A stretch of DNA of 64,000 nt from Octopus vulgaris. Its lineage: Eukaryota. The stretch is taken from contig OX597824.1 of the NCBI GenBank assembly GCA_951406725.2, forward strand, positions 77,748,001 through 77,812,000, in the 5' to 3' direction. Positions 39,092 through 53,559 of the stretch are shown one piece after another. The notes beneath the pieces are model-generated. The model was not told the origin of the DNA. It searched no databases and saw only the letters and a list, made by a program, of their open reading frames with translations. The stretch's first letter is position 1; each line of letters starts with the position of its first letter. A program made the position numbers and the translations under genes.

Positions 39092-39252
39092 CTTTTTTTT
39101 TTTTAATTCATTAATACAACATCCCCACCCCCCAAATATATGGCACACTAGGCATAACAACAACATGAACTTCCAACCCTGTTGTCTCTTGAGGTCTCTG
39201 GGTGAGACTTGGAGCCAACTTGTACAAATATAAAGCAAAAGTCAAACATAGA
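37921..39252 (+). mobile_element. 5'-truncated R4/Dong-like non-LTR retrotransposon with restriction-like endonuclease
   Basis: RLYLPR..GGRGL, ETEGFIIAAQDQ, CRVC..ETIDHVVSKC, RHD, NRPDII..LIDMTVP, K..KY.DL and PVVIGALG; (TAA)n on both sides. Confidence 0.92.
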
Positions 39253-39302
39253 ATAATAATAATAATAATAATAACAATAATAATAATAATAATAACAATA
39301 AC

Positions 39303-39367
<65 letters not shown>

Positions 39368-39369
<2 letters not shown>

Positions 39370-39703
39370 GGGGAGCATCATAGCCATGTGTTGAGAGGGA
39401 TTCTTTGGGGTTTGAATAATTCACCTCTGGAAACATGGGTGGTTCGTTCAACATCCTTAAACAACCCTTATTCAGGGACCGTTTGTGCGGGATGGGCTAC
39501 TCAACCTGAAGAAAATTCTAATTGGGCCCCACCTGCAAGGTCATATGCTGTTTATCTTGATATGAGATCACCATGTCGCGCACATATGGTTGTGATGCAT
39601 TTGCCTGGTGTACCCTTATCAGACGGGTAGTCATGATGGGTATATTGGGCTTAGTATATTTTACCCCAGTGTCACTTTGATGGCATGAACTGCTCTCTCA
39701 CTC
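39368..39703 (+). repeat. element X, second (5'-shorter) copy between (TAA)n tracts
   Basis: Homologous to 37530-37845. Confidence 0.78.
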
Positions 39704-39766
<63 letters not shown>

Positions 39767-39853
39767 CACATCAACATCGTCGTCGTCGTCATGATCAATA
39801 TCACAGGCAAATGCATGCTTACGCACCCCCCACATATATATATAAAGATAGAA

Positions 39854-40084
39854 AGGCGGCGAGCTGGTAGAAACGTTAGCACGCCGGGCGAAATTCGTAG
39901 CCGTATTTCGTCTGTCGTTACGTTCCGAGTTCAAATTCCGCCGAGGTCGACTTTGCCTTTCATCCTTTCGGGGTCGATAAATTAAGTACCAGTTACGCAC
40001 TGGGGTCGATGTAGTCGACTTAATCCCTTTGTCTGTTCTTGTTTGTCCCCTCTGTGTTTAGCCCCTTGTGGGTAGTAAAGAAAT
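39854..40084 (+). mobile_element. SINE family B monomer with ~20-bp target-site duplication
   Basis: ATATATATAAAGATAGAAAG occurs immediately before the head and again after the tail. Confidence 0.92.
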
Positions 40085-40982
40085 ATATATAAAGATAGAA
40101 AGTGAGAGAGAGAAGAGAAGAGAAAAAGAGAGAGGGAGAGACAAAGAGACAGAGAGAAACGTTTATGTGTGTACATATGAAGAAAATGTATGTCTTTTGG
40201 ATAAAGTGTGTTATTTAGTTCCGGATCTTTGGCTACAAAATTGAACATCCAATCATAAAACACACACAAACACACACACACGCAAACATGAACACATCCC
40301 ACACACAACAGATATACACACATACACTTATATTGCGTTAGCATGAATTGACTGAAATCTATAATGTTACAAACGAAATACCAAAGAGAACGGCATCGAC
40401 TGCATTTATCAAAGGGTGAATATATTACCAATATTCCATTGCTTTAGTATAGTCGTCTCTAACATATTCTATCCGGAATCTCAATTCGGCCTGTTATTTC
40501 TTCTCCGTTTTGCTACTAACGAGTGATACCAAAGGTCAGTGGATACCACATATGCGTATAAATATATCAGCCTTCTAATGTTTTTAAAGTTCTAACGTAC
40601 ATCGATGGTTATTTGATTTTCGAAAAAAAAGAGGCTTTAATCGGAATCGTCTGGTTAGAATAAATTCTCACGCACTATTTATCGTTGCCTTTCCTGTTGT
40701 CTTCAGTTGAATTTCCAGAGAAGGGAAGACAGAGGAAAAAAATCGCCAACGGTACACACGCGGTCACATTTTGAAAGACCAGAAGGAAATGTTGTTTTCA
40801 GTTGAATTTGGATGATTGAAACTGAGTGAAGTTTATTATGTGTCTCTGTGTATTTATAGTCAAGATGTTTACACCTCGCCATTGACTAAATTTCTATCCA
40901 CGTATAACTTTACAACACAGTATCACATTGAAGCGAAGGCTCTCCATACCCTAGCTGCGGAAATATGTTACCTGTGCAATTC

Positions 40983-41258
<276 letters not shown>

Positions 41259-41351
41259 ATCCAAACAAGAAAGCACAAAAAACTCAACAACGCGAGGACG
41301 TGGAACAAATATAGTATTATTGGACGCTCAGGAAAGAAGGAAAGAAGGAGG

Positions 41352-41386
41352 GTTTAACGCTTCGAGCGGAGCTCTTCGTCGGAAAC
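41352..41386 (-). ncRNA. minimal hammerhead-like motif in a PLE-terminus-like repeat (about 41250-41530; partial copy 40714-40791)
   Basis: Reverse complement reads gttt-CCGACGA-a-gagc-tcc-gctc-GAAG-CG-TT-aaac. Stems I and II are intact; GAAA appears as GAAG. Confidence 0.55.
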
Positions 41387-42727
41387 AGAGGAGAAGGAAA
41401 GATCCAGAGAAGGGAAGACAGAGGAAAAAAATTGCCAACGGTACACACGCGGTCACATTTTGAAAGACCGGAAGGAAATGGGTGAAGAAAGTTATTTTCA
41501 AAGACAGGAGAGTGGTGGAGGAGGAATGTGTGTGTAAGTGTGGATATGTGCGTGTGCGGAGGTCTGCGTGTGCGTGTGTGTGTATGTGTGTAAACAATCA
41601 CACACACATACACACACACTCACACACGCGCACACACACACATATAGTGTGTTTGTGCCTGCGAACCCACCTGGAAAGTCGTAGGATAAAAATCGAAATA
41701 CAAGATAATCATTCAGTTCAATATACTACACTCCTTGCATCGCAAGTTCGACAACGTTTGGCAGTTGACCTCCTGGCATCTATATTATTCTTGGGTTGTA
41801 CCCTCTCCTAAGAGAATTTTACCTATCTCAGGGTTCTTTCAATGAATTTATTTGACATTGTATCAATCTATCGATTATTTTCATTTCGTCTTTGAATTCA
41901 ACCTCCACAAATTTTTCTCTCTTTCTCAAATGAGTCACAGCTGCAAACCTGCAGTAAATCTGTTTTCATCCCTATATGCTTTTGTTTGTAAACTAAAACA
42001 TAAATAACTCCTTCAACCTTACTATCGCCACCCAACGTTCTTTGCCATCCTTATTCCCTTAAAACCTCCACTCTCTCACTTCTTCTAGTACACACTTTCA
42101 CAATAACCATCTAATTATTAAACCTGTACCAACCTTTCCTACGACTAACCGATATTTGAGATAATTAGACATTTCCCAAGGCGGTAAATGGGTGTGGCTT
42201 TCTTATGGGTGACTATAGTACTACTTGCTTGAAATTGCTCTCATTAAGACTCGAAACAGAATTTCTATTTTAAATAGATAGAATTTTGTTTTGCCACCAT
42301 CGGCAAGAAATATTGATTTCTAGTATAGGCAAGCAGATGTTAGCACAATTTAGTACAGTTGAGAGAATCTATTCAAAATATTTGATTTTGTACTTTATTT
42401 CATCGACCCCCACCAGCATGAAAGGCAATGATAACTTTGACAAGATTTAGAGTGAAAGGAGAATGGAATTAAAAGGGATACAACTGAATACTGCGGCATA
42501 TTTTCAATGAAGCTCTACTCAATCTGCAATCCGATAAATTAATTTTCAAAATGGCCGATGTGAAATATCTGTCGGCTTATATTGATGCGTTTGTTAGTGT
42601 TCATTCGAGTTCAGAAAGGAGGATATATTGATGCCGAAATATTTAGCTTTTGAATTTATGCTTCAATAATTTATTGTACATAAATATACATATATAAATT
42701 TTTATTAAATATGCTGTAAGGCTTTCT

Positions 42728-42779
<52 letters not shown>

Positions 42780-42844
42780 TATATACATATATAATATGCA
42801 TATATATATGTATATATATATATATATTTATATGCATATATGAG

Positions 42845-42892
<48 letters not shown>

Positions 42893-42900
42893 TAATATGC

Positions 42901-42933
<33 letters not shown>

Positions 42934-43229
42934 TATTTATATGCATATATGAGTATTTATATATATATATATATATATGTGCGCGCGTGAGTGTGTGTAG
43001 TCATATAGTTTATATGCAATATTTTATGGATCCAAAACAGATGAAATTAAATGAGGACGTCGGTGGGATTTCGAAATATATTCGCAAATATTAGATAGAG
43101 AACACGTTTTAATAGCCTCTTCTTTTTCAATAATAGATGAACGAATGATACAAAATGCAATAATATAAGTTAAATTTTAAAATACTGAATTTGAGATAAA
43201 ATCTCTCTCGAACACATTCTCTATGAAAT

Positions 43230-43267
<38 letters not shown>

Positions 43268-43445
43268 ATACACATACATACATACATACATACATACACA
43301 CGCTCGCACGCACACAAGTACGCACGCACATCAACAAGCGTGCAAACACGAGTGAGTGAGGAAAGAGAACACTTGCTCTCACACCTTCTGTATTTTTGAT
43401 GTTAAAATATTGGCCCAGTAATTTGCCCCACTAAATATTTTCAGT

Positions 43446-43562
43446 GTGGAGGCACATGGCCTAGTGGCTAGAGCAGAGGACTTGCGATCGAGTGATCGCG
43501 GTTTCGAATCTCAGACCGGGCGATGTGTGTGTTTATGAGCGAAAAAACCTAAGCCCCACGCA
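43446..43562 (+). mobile_element. SINE family C 5' fragment
   Basis: tRNA-like head similar to 45028. Confidence 0.75.
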
Positions 43563-43866
43563 ACAGAAGCTGTATGAGGTTGAAATATTCATTTATGCAT
43601 TACGCTTAACGTAATTATATCGCAAATGCAAATTTACTACGGTGTTCTACAAGGGATATCGCTTATGCCCCTAATTTGTTTAAAAGCACAATGTGTGCGC
43701 GCGCGCGTGTGTTGTTTGTAATTGTAAGAGGTAGGTCAAAATTTATCCCAGTAGCTACTAATTCTTGAGACGCATTTCTGTATTGTAAGTCGTTGTTAGG
43801 AACAAGTACTCACAGTCAACCGCATGCTCAGAGGAAATTTGTTGCCACTGATATATAGCAAAATGA

Positions 43867-44190
43867 TCGATTCCCAGACCGGGCATTGTGAGTGTTTATT
43901 GAGCGAAAACACTTAAAGCTCCACGAGGCTCCGACAGGGGGTGGTGGTGAACCCTGCTGTACTCTTTCACCACAACTTTCTCTCGCTCTTTCTTCCTGTT
44001 TCTCTTGTACCTGTATTTCAAAGGGCCAGCCTTGTCACATTCTGTGTGTCACGCTGAATCTCCTCGAGAACTACGTTAAGGGTACACGTGCCTGTGGAGT
44101 GCTCAGCCACTTGCACGTTAATATCACGAGCAAGCTGTTCCGTTGATCGTATCAGCTGGGACCCTCATCGTCGCAACCGACGGAGTGCTC
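43867..44190 (+). mobile_element. SINE family C, 5'-truncated
   Basis: Colinear with the 45028 copy from box B onward. Confidence 0.88.
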
Positions 44191-45027
44191 CTACTACTAC
44201 TATAGCAAAATGATGAATGGACAATCATTGGTTGTTTAAATAGCTGTCCGTCTAATTAGTAATCCGTTTTATGTATCAGACTCATTATTAGGGTAAAATA
44301 GTCACTAGAGTATCATATTTAATGTAAATTCATCGCGGAAAACAAATTTCCTCAGGTGTTCTTCCGGGGTTTGTGTTTCTTATGAATGTGCTACCTTTAA
44401 CAAACACAATATATAGCGAAAGCAGGCTAAAATCGTCCTAGCAGTGTGACTGTTGTGAGATTTTTACTCAGAAGAATCAGACACCACAAGACGACTACTC
44501 CCAATTTGTAATAGTCCTGCCAGGAATTTCTACTTTTTATCGACTCCTACTATATAGAAAACAAATTTAACCTCGGTGAGATTTTATCTCCGAGTGTCGA
44601 AATAAATATCACCGAGGATTCTATCTGACACTGTAATTATTCAGCTAATTCGTCACCAGTAACACATGCAGTGTCCACACTAGTTAGTTAAAACAATCTC
44701 AAAACCAGCTACAAATCCTTGGATAATATTGCATCAGGAAAGACAAAGCAATGTTAAAAAACAAAAAAAGCATAACCAGCTACGTGCCACTCTGCTAGTT
44801 ATCACTTCAACAACTATTATGCAACGGCATATCCATAGAGAGTTGCTCACTAAATGGATGATGCCTACTTTATACGATTATATATTATACCAACTATAAC
44901 ACTAAATGACACCAAATAAATTATATTAATCTAACCTTTAAGAACAAGCGCAACCAATCCACATGAACTTTTAGTTTAAGGGACATAATAAACACTACCT
45001 GTCTCTCAAGTTATAATTGCAAGCTGA

Positions 45028-45411
45028 GTGGAGGCGCAATGGCCCAGTGGTTAGGGCAGCGGACTCGCGGTCATAGGATCGCGGTTTCGATTCCCAGACC
45101 GGGCTTTGTGAGTGTTTATTGAGCGAAAACACCTAAAGCTCCACGAGGCTCCGGCAGGGGATGGCGGTGATCCCTGCTATACTCCTTCACCACAACTTTC
45201 TCTCACTCTTACTTCCTGTTTCTGTTGTTCCTGTATTTCAAAGGGCCGGCCTTGTCACTCTCTGTGTCACGCTGAATATCCCCGAGAACTACGTTAAGGG
45301 TACACGTGTCTGTGGAGTGCTCAGCCACTTACACGTTAATTTCACGAGCAGGCTGTTCCGTTGATTCGGATCAACCGGAACCCTCGTCGTCGTAACCGAC
45401 GGAGTGCTTCC
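45028..45411 (+). mobile_element. SINE family C, full length with TSD
   Basis: TSD AATTGCAAGCTGA at 45015-45027 and 45416-45428. Confidence 0.95.
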
Positions 45412-46530
45412 TTAAAATTGCAAGCTGAAAGACAACGGAATTGAAAAGGCCTTGTAGTTTCGAGTTTGATAGACACTGCACATCTGTATACAAATAGCAC
45501 TAAAAGTTTTACGTTTTGCTTATTGGAACGAAATCTCATATAAAACAAGAAAAAATTTTATTGAATGGTGGAAAATATGAGTTATTAACCATTCCAGACG
45601 ATATTTTTAAACTAAAATCAAAAACACCGATAAGCTCGAATCCATTTGGTTTCTAAAAAGCAATCACTTCCTGACCGACAGAAAATTGTTCCACAGCAAA
45701 TATTCACATCGGATTTTCAACTCCATTCTCCTTCACTTTCGAGATTCAATGCCATATGTCTATTATATCTCTTAAACTAAATATACACTGCTGTTTGAAT
45801 TTATTCGTAAAGGTAAGCTCGACGCTATTGTTTGGAATAATTGTAGTTCTGTATAAACGCATTTAGAAGCCATAATCTATTTATGCGTGCCTTTGTGTAT
45901 ATGGCTTCTCCCAATTCAAAGAGAACTGATATTTATCGCAAACCACCCACAATTTTATCTATCGTCTCTATGATCTTCATTTACTCCGACAAATTATGAC
46001 TGACGAATCGCCTTGCTTGAAATTATCGGTTTGAATTATCGGTTTTATGTACACATATATATAGGCGCGTACACAAACACAGAAATACGTGGAGTAAGAT
46101 ACACGAAGAGGGAACAGGAAACTGTTATTCAAGTTAAATGGACCTATTATTGTCACACTGGTTCCGCCTGGTTTTGATAACAGAACATATATCTACAGAA
46201 TAATCAGGTACTGACATTATTACCCATGATGGATTGTATCTGTAATTGAGTAACCTAGCCGATTCCATTTTCTCTGATTCGGCGTAAGTATTACATTGTA
46301 GTAGAGGTTTAGCCCCTGGCCAGCCTTAATCAAACAAACTTATGCCCAAAAAGGTATTTCAGAAATGACCTTCACATCTTTATAATTTATCAGGAACTAT
46401 ATTTTCCAATATATTCCAGTTTATTTTTATAGTTTTTAAAGAATATCTGATAAACTTTGAGGGAGACTTTGCCATTGTTCTTAGCAGAACGAGAGACCAT
46501 GCTCAGTGTGTTATTCATTGTTAAAATATA

Positions 46531-46700
46531 GGCGCAGGAGTGGCTGTGTGGTAAGTAGCTTGTTTACCAACCACATGGTTCTGGATTCAGTCCCACTGCG
46601 TGGCACCTTCGGCAAGTGTCTTCTGCTATAGCCTCGGGCCAACCAAAGCTTTGTGAGTGGATTTGGTAAACGGAAACTGAAAGCCCGTCGTATATATGCG

Positions 46701-46744
<44 letters not shown>

Positions 46745-46893
46745 TGTGTCTGCATTTGCCCCCCCCCCCCCCCACATCACTTGACAACCGGTCTCTTTTG
46801 CCGAACCGCTAAGTAACGGGAACGTAAACACACCAGCATCGGTTGTCAAGCAATGTTAAGGGGACAAACACAGACACACAAACACACACACGC

Positions 46894-46926
<33 letters not shown>

Positions 46927-47038
46927 TACGACGGGCTTCTTTCAGTTTCCGTCTACCAAATCCTCTCACAAGGCATTGGTCGGCCCGGGGCTATAGCAGA
47001 AGACACTTGCCCAAGGTGCCACGCATCCACTCCTGCGC
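46531..47038. mobile_element. two SINE family A copies fused in inverted orientation
   Basis: The plus copy 46531-46790 is joined directly to the minus copy 46790-47038. Confidence 0.88.
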
Positions 47039-47804
47039 GTATAACCTGCAGATAATATGGCAAAATTTAAGGAAGGCTTAGCCGCTGTTTCCAGCAGGTC
47101 GAGAAACCATGCAAAGTTTCATTCATTGGTAAAAGTACATGTGGGTGTGTGGAATACTCGTATAATTACACTATCATTCAGTAAGGAAGGAAGTGGTTTT
47201 GTTGATTGAACTACATGAATATTCATTTGTCAAAATCGAAGCGAAATGAGTGTGTATGAATGTACAGCATTTTATGGACGTCTGTGTATGCATGTATGTG
47301 TTGGTGTGTAAGCTTATGTGTATGTATGTGTGTGTTTGTATATTTAAGTATTTGTATGTATGTGAGTGTGTCATTTTCCTAACATGTGAATGATAGCTGT
47401 TCTCTTATGAAGTCATTGATAATTCTTAAATAAATAACATCGTTATAAAGGGAAAAAAAAGTGTAAGAAAGAAAGTGGGAAGGAACGAACGGAAATACAA
47501 AGGAAGAGAGGAGGACAGTGGGAAAAATAACGAAAGAAATGGAGAAATGTATTAAGATAAAAAGGAAGAAAGATGTCAAGAACGTAAGGAGGTAAGGAAA
47601 AAAAAATAAAAGAAAAAGAGCATGAAAGTAAAAGCAAAATAGGAATAAAGAAAGAGGGCCAAAAAAAAGGGAAAAGAGACAGAGGCGAAGGAAAAGAGAA
47701 AGAAGGGAAAAGAAGTTAACGATGTACATGGAAAAACAACAACTGAACACTTTGAAAGAAATAATAAAATTATAACCCAAAAGCTTCCTAAAACTTGAAA
47801 GTAA

Positions 47805-47970
<166 letters not shown>

Positions 47971-48314
47971 ATATGTATGTAGGTATGTATGTATACGGAC
48001 ACGTGCGCACATACACACGCACCCATACATATATGTGTCAAACACGGAAACTGTTGTTGTGGATGAAAAAAAAATTATGTTTGAGAAGCTGGAATTGAGT
48101 TGTATATTGTGAATAAATGACACGACTAAAATGAACTGTTTAGTGGTTATTAGGACAATAGATGCAATCAGAAACAGAGATAAAGAAGTAGAGGGTGAGG
48201 TAGCGGCGAGGGAAGGAGAGAGAGGGTCGAGAGGGAGAGAGAAGGAGAGAGAGCGAGAAAGAAAGAGAGAGCCCGAGAGAGACAGAGATAGTAAAAATAT
48301 ACACAGACCCGAAA

Positions 48315-48374
<60 letters not shown>

Positions 48375-48395
48375 CTGTGTATGTATATATATATA

Positions 48396-48437
<42 letters not shown>

Positions 48438-48449
48438 TATATATATATA

Positions 48450-48490
<41 letters not shown>

Positions 48491-48523
48491 GTATATATAA
48501 GTATGTATATATATATATATGTA

Positions 48524-48572
<49 letters not shown>

Positions 48573-49879
48573 GAGAAATGTGAGTCAAGATAAAATTCTC
48601 AATTAATTGAATCTGGAAAAGTACAGGCCGAGAAGAAGTGGAATTTTTAAAAATATAGCAGCTGAAGTTTGTGTGGAATTTGAATTTAAATAAAATGCCT
48701 TTTCGATGGCTTCGTATGAGTAAAGGAAGGAAAAGATTGATGAGAAAGAAAATGTGTGCCTCTAGGCAGCATGATAGTAATGTGTTTAGATTTGAAGTTC
48801 TGGTTTCGTTTCCCCGGGGCTTTCTGTTTGTTGTGTATGTCAAACTGAGATCGTACCGAAGAATTTGTGCTGAATCATCTGAGAAAGATATTATTATATG
48901 TTGTGTAATTTGGAAACGGAGATTTAATTGGACAAGTTTTATGGGACGTATGAGTGTCTGAGTGTGTGGCTGAAAGTCTCTGGGTTTCAAGAGGCTACGG
49001 GTTTGATTTCCAGAGCTTCCGGGCAATAGATTATGAATTTCTTGTCTGTTTGTCTCTAGCGGGGGTAAATAGTTAGTCTATCATTCTTTTATACATTTCA
49101 GCCCAGCAGCTGTGTCCATACTGGGGCACCGCCCGTGTTATCACCTTTTCAATGTCATTTTTTGTAACTGGCTTTTAGTTACTGGGGTATGACGTTCAAG
49201 GGCTGAGTTAAATAAATCCAACCCCTATACCTATTCTTTGAAGCCTGATACGTGCGTAATGTTCCTTTATTGAATCGCTAGTTACGGAAGCGTAAACGAA
49301 CCAACACCGGTTGTCAAATATACACACAGGAACACACATACACACACCCAAACACACACTCACAAACACTCTCACACACGAACTCACCAACACATACTCA
49401 CAAGCGCGTGCCTGCATGCACGCAACCCCCAGCCTCACACACATACATACACACACCCTCACACATATACACAGGATGGTTTTCTTTTAGTTACGATGTA
49501 CCAAATTCACTGACAAAGCTCAGGTTATAGTAGTAGTCAGTTACTCAAGCTGCCACGCAGTAGGACTGACCCAATCATGAAGCAGGAAAGCAAAATTCTT
49601 ACCGCACAGCTGCACATATATATATGTATGTGTATATCTGTGTGTTTATGTGTCTTTGTGTTCGTGGCACCATCACTACCACTACACGTGACAACCTTTG
49701 GCTCCTTAATGAATGGCATAGTTGAGTAAACGAAATTTGCAATTTCCCCAGGCAGCAACACAGTAAGAGAATTTTGAGTATATTAAAGAATGATAAAGAG
49801 TAATTCTAACATTTTCGGGAAGAAGGTAAGAAATTCTATTTAACATACGAAGAGTACAAAAAATTTATTTCAATACATT

Positions 49880-50345
49880 GCTTACGTGTGTTTTGAAACT
49901 GAGGCACTTATCACTATGAACAACGAGAACTTTTGTTGGTGCTTCATGTGAAATTGCTTTACCAGCGATGAGGACATTAGGAAGAAACTGCTTGGGCTTT
50001 GTGGAGAAAAGCATGTTGCAGGGATTTTTTGAATTTTATTGATGATAAGCCGATTAGAAATAAGCCATTGATAAACTTTATCCAGTTCTGAATTAACTGT
50101 ATTGAAGAGGGAGGGAAAGTCCTGGTGACTAATAAAAATAGTAGTCATCAGAAAAATGTAGACATTTTAATAAATTAGTAGAATTGCATATATCATTTAT
50201 TTAGGTAAGGAACAGTAACGGGCCCAGTATTGACCCCCTAAGGGACGTCTAGATTTGTAGTGGGTAATGGAGATTTTTATGCTTCAACTGTAACATACTG
50301 TGTACGCTGTCAGAGGTATGTTCCAAACCAATTGTTAGGAATATG
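49880..50345 (-). pseudogene. L2/Crack-group LINE reverse transcriptase remnant
   Basis: Reverse complement encodes GSILGPLLFL..INDICNSTNLLKCLHFSDD/TTIF...VNSELDKVYQWLISNRLIIN. Confidence 0.8.
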
Positions 50346-50899
50346 AATGGAATTATAATTGATGACTAAGAAATGAGCCAAGGGCTTGGGAATGTTTTAT
50401 TCAGGAGCAGGAATCAATTATAAGATTATAAGAATCTGTGAAGTCACATCTTTTGAGAAAATAATGAATATTTCATCTTACAAATTAACATGAAATTGCT
50501 GTTTTGTGCTAAAGGCTTAAACCGTGTTATTGTGTTTATTATTTTTTGAAATGATTTAAAACATTTTAAAACTTCTTCAACTCTTTGCGGAAGAAAGCGG
50601 CATTTGCATTTCCCTTCATTCATAAAAAAAAGTGAAGTGACGTGTGGTGGTGGTGGAATGTATACATAATATTTCGGTGGAGGTACATTGGTTGGGGTAC
50701 CCGGAACAACTGTGTTGACGGATTCCATATTTCTGTGGAACATGCAACATTATTTCATAAAAATGAAATAATAATGATGAAATAATAATGAAATAAAAAT
50801 AGAGACGAAAATAAAACGAATGTTAACTTATCTTTTCTTTCCTCGGCGAAAATTACACAAAACTACATCTTCCAAATAAGATGAAATCCGCGTTTGATA

Positions 50900-51390
50900 A
50901 TACCTATGTATAGGAGGTAACCTGAAACTCCTATACTGCCCTTCTTCAGTGGCAACTTTCATGGAATCCAACAACATTAGAGATTTGGGAGTAATTGAGA
51001 ACAACAGCATAAGCTGGGCCACTCGTATAAACAGCAGAGTTGACATGGCTCGCAGAATATGATCCTGGATTCTCAGAACTTTCCAGCCGAGAGATATCCA
51101 CATCATTATCCTGCACTTCACTTTTGTCCGACCCCAAATTGAATACTGTTGTCCACTGTGGTCTTCCCACGCGAAACAAAGTATCATGAGAGATGAAGCA
51201 ACTCAAAGGTCAATTGCAAAAAAGATAGATGGTATGACAATCCTTGACTATTGGGGTCGACTAGAAAAGCTCAAGCTTTATTCTCTCCAACGCTGTTGTG
51301 AGTACTACAGCATCTGCATGATGTGGAAAATATTCCATCAGCACTGCCCAAATGATTTTGGTATCATCTTTAAGATACATCCAAGATATA
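50900..51390 (+). pseudogene. CR1-group LINE RT C-terminal remnant
   Basis: RDLGVI..SW..I..A...ILRTF..RD...FVRPQIEYCCPLWS...EATQR..K.IDGM..LDYWGRLEKLKLYSLQR. Confidence 0.85.
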
Positions 51391-52141
51391 TATAAAATAT
51401 ATCATAGATAACGGTACAAATAAGAGTTCTTGCTAATTGGATGAATAAATAATTCGCTACATAAAAAAAACTGTAGAATATTCACCAAATCTTGCATTGA
51501 TCTACGAAAACGCACATTTGTTATCGAAAGATGCAGAACACAATTACAGATGTTGATTTGAAATTTTATGGAACAGAAATATATTCTATTTGAGGTTTCA
51601 TGTACGACCACAGAATATCTAAATAAATGTTATGAGGAGATCTTAATTAGAAACTATACATTATTCATAAATATAAAGAAAAAATACATGAATGTACTCT
51701 TAAATGTATATCGTTTTTTGCGGTCGAAATTATTAAGTTTTACGCTTAAGGCAATATACACATATAGATACATACATCAATATACGTATATACACACACA
51801 TGGATATATACATACATACATACATACATACATACATACATACATACATACATACATACATACATACATACATGCATTATTATGGCTGGCCCCTCGTTAT
51901 TGAGTATGGCTATTGCCCGAAGCTTAACTGTTACTGGTGCTGTGATCGAATGTGACTTTTTAGCTCACCCAAATATCTACAATGTCTTGTACAAAATTAG
52001 CAACTAAAACATTTACTGGTACTAGCCGGCTGTAGTTGTAACTGCAATTGTAGTTGTAACATACATGCATACATACATACATACATACATACATACATAC
52101 ATACATACATACATACATACATACAGATATATATATATATT

Positions 52142-52175
<34 letters not shown>

Positions 52176-52176
<1 letters not shown>

Positions 52177-52379
52177 ATAAAGATAATTTAAATATAGAGA
52201 TATTCTATTGACAATCCAATAATTTATTTATATTACAATATTAAATTAGATACTATGAATATAATATATATCATCACATAATATTACATATCATACTCGT
52301 AATATCTAATGTAATATTGTAATAGAAATAAATTATTGGATTGCCAATAGAATACCTCTATATTTAATTTATCTTTATA
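52176..52379. repeat. AT-rich fold-back palindrome next to (TA)n
   Basis: TATTCTATTGACAATCCAATAATTTATTT pairs with AAATAAATTATTGGATTGCCAATAGAATA; arms are ~85 bp. Confidence 0.85.
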
Positions 52380-52476
52380 ACTGAATCAAACCAATATATA
52401 TATGTTATCCAACTGAAGTACCAGTGAATTAAGTGTTTAAAACACCCCTTTGAAGGATTTCTTTCCCTTAGTTTGT

Positions 52477-52505
<29 letters not shown>

Positions 52506-52510
<5 letters not shown>

Positions 52511-52790
52511 TGTTGTGTCTGGGGAGAGTCATTCTCTTTTAGTGCCTTATTATTTAACACACGCACCGGTAAAATTTCCACTTATTTCTTATTTATATTT
52601 TCTAAAATTTTATTTGCGTCTTGCAACCTTTTCAATAGTCTTGACTCTTGAAAAGACTATTGAAAAGGTTGCAAGACGCAACGAAAATGTTTAGAAAATA
52701 AAAATAAGAAATAAGTGGAAATTTTACCGGTGCGTGTGTTAAATAATGAGGCACTAAAAGAGAATGACTCTCTCCAGACACAACAGTATA
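52506..52790. repeat. near-perfect 285-bp palindrome next to (TA)n
   Basis: Arms 52506-52642 and 52653-52790 with a 10-nt loop. Confidence 0.95.
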
Positions 52791-53159
52791 TGCTTCAACA
52801 CACGAACTCATATAAAGAATCTTGCAAACCAAATCCCAAAACCATATATACATACATACATACATACATACATACATACATACATACATACATACATACA
52901 TACATACCTACATACATGCATACATATAGGTTTGGCCGAAAGTCACTTGACACTAAATCAAAACCATTTAATTCCAAGATGTACTTGTGTTTAACAACTG
53001 AATGAATTTAATAATAGCATCTAAATATGAAACATATTGAAAATAGTTCTAAATGAAGTTCTTCTTGAGCGACACATTTTTCCATTGCGAGTGAATACAG
53101 AACTACAGATAGTATTCATGAAAGTTTGATTTACTATCAGGTGACTTTTGGCCAACTTT

Positions 53160-53334
53160 CTCCCTATATAGAGTACCTAGTAGAACTGTTACAAAAAGTT
53201 TGCCTCCTTGGCACGGCCAGAATAATCAGGAAAGTATTAGATAGCTGAAAAGAACGAATACTACCGTAGGCTGCAAGTAGTAAGCCCGCTACGCATGTGT
53301 ATGTGTGCTCCAACAAAACCTGTGATAAAGAGAA

Positions 53335-53335
<1 letters not shown>
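53160..53335 (+). mobile_element. 3' end of a second R4/Dong-like element followed by long (TAA)n
   Basis: Encodes VELLQKVCLLGTARIIRKVLDS*, the typical C-terminus of RLE non-LTR ORFs, then a short UTR and (TAA)n. Confidence 0.75.
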
Positions 53336-53426
<91 letters not shown>

Positions 53427-53436
53427 TAATAATAGC

Positions 53437-53491
<55 letters not shown>

Positions 53492-53502
53492 TTAATAATA
53501 AT

Positions 53503-53559
<57 letters not shown>

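Noticed and set aside
45028-45100. tRNA genes at SINE heads
   Set aside because: Box A/B are present, but each continues into a repeated SINE body with TSDs and lacks a proper cloverleaf.
48600-49025. possible second PLE C-terminal remnant
   Set aside because: Only a weak LN..LSCC resemblance; no GIY-YIG or CxLC motifs were recovered.
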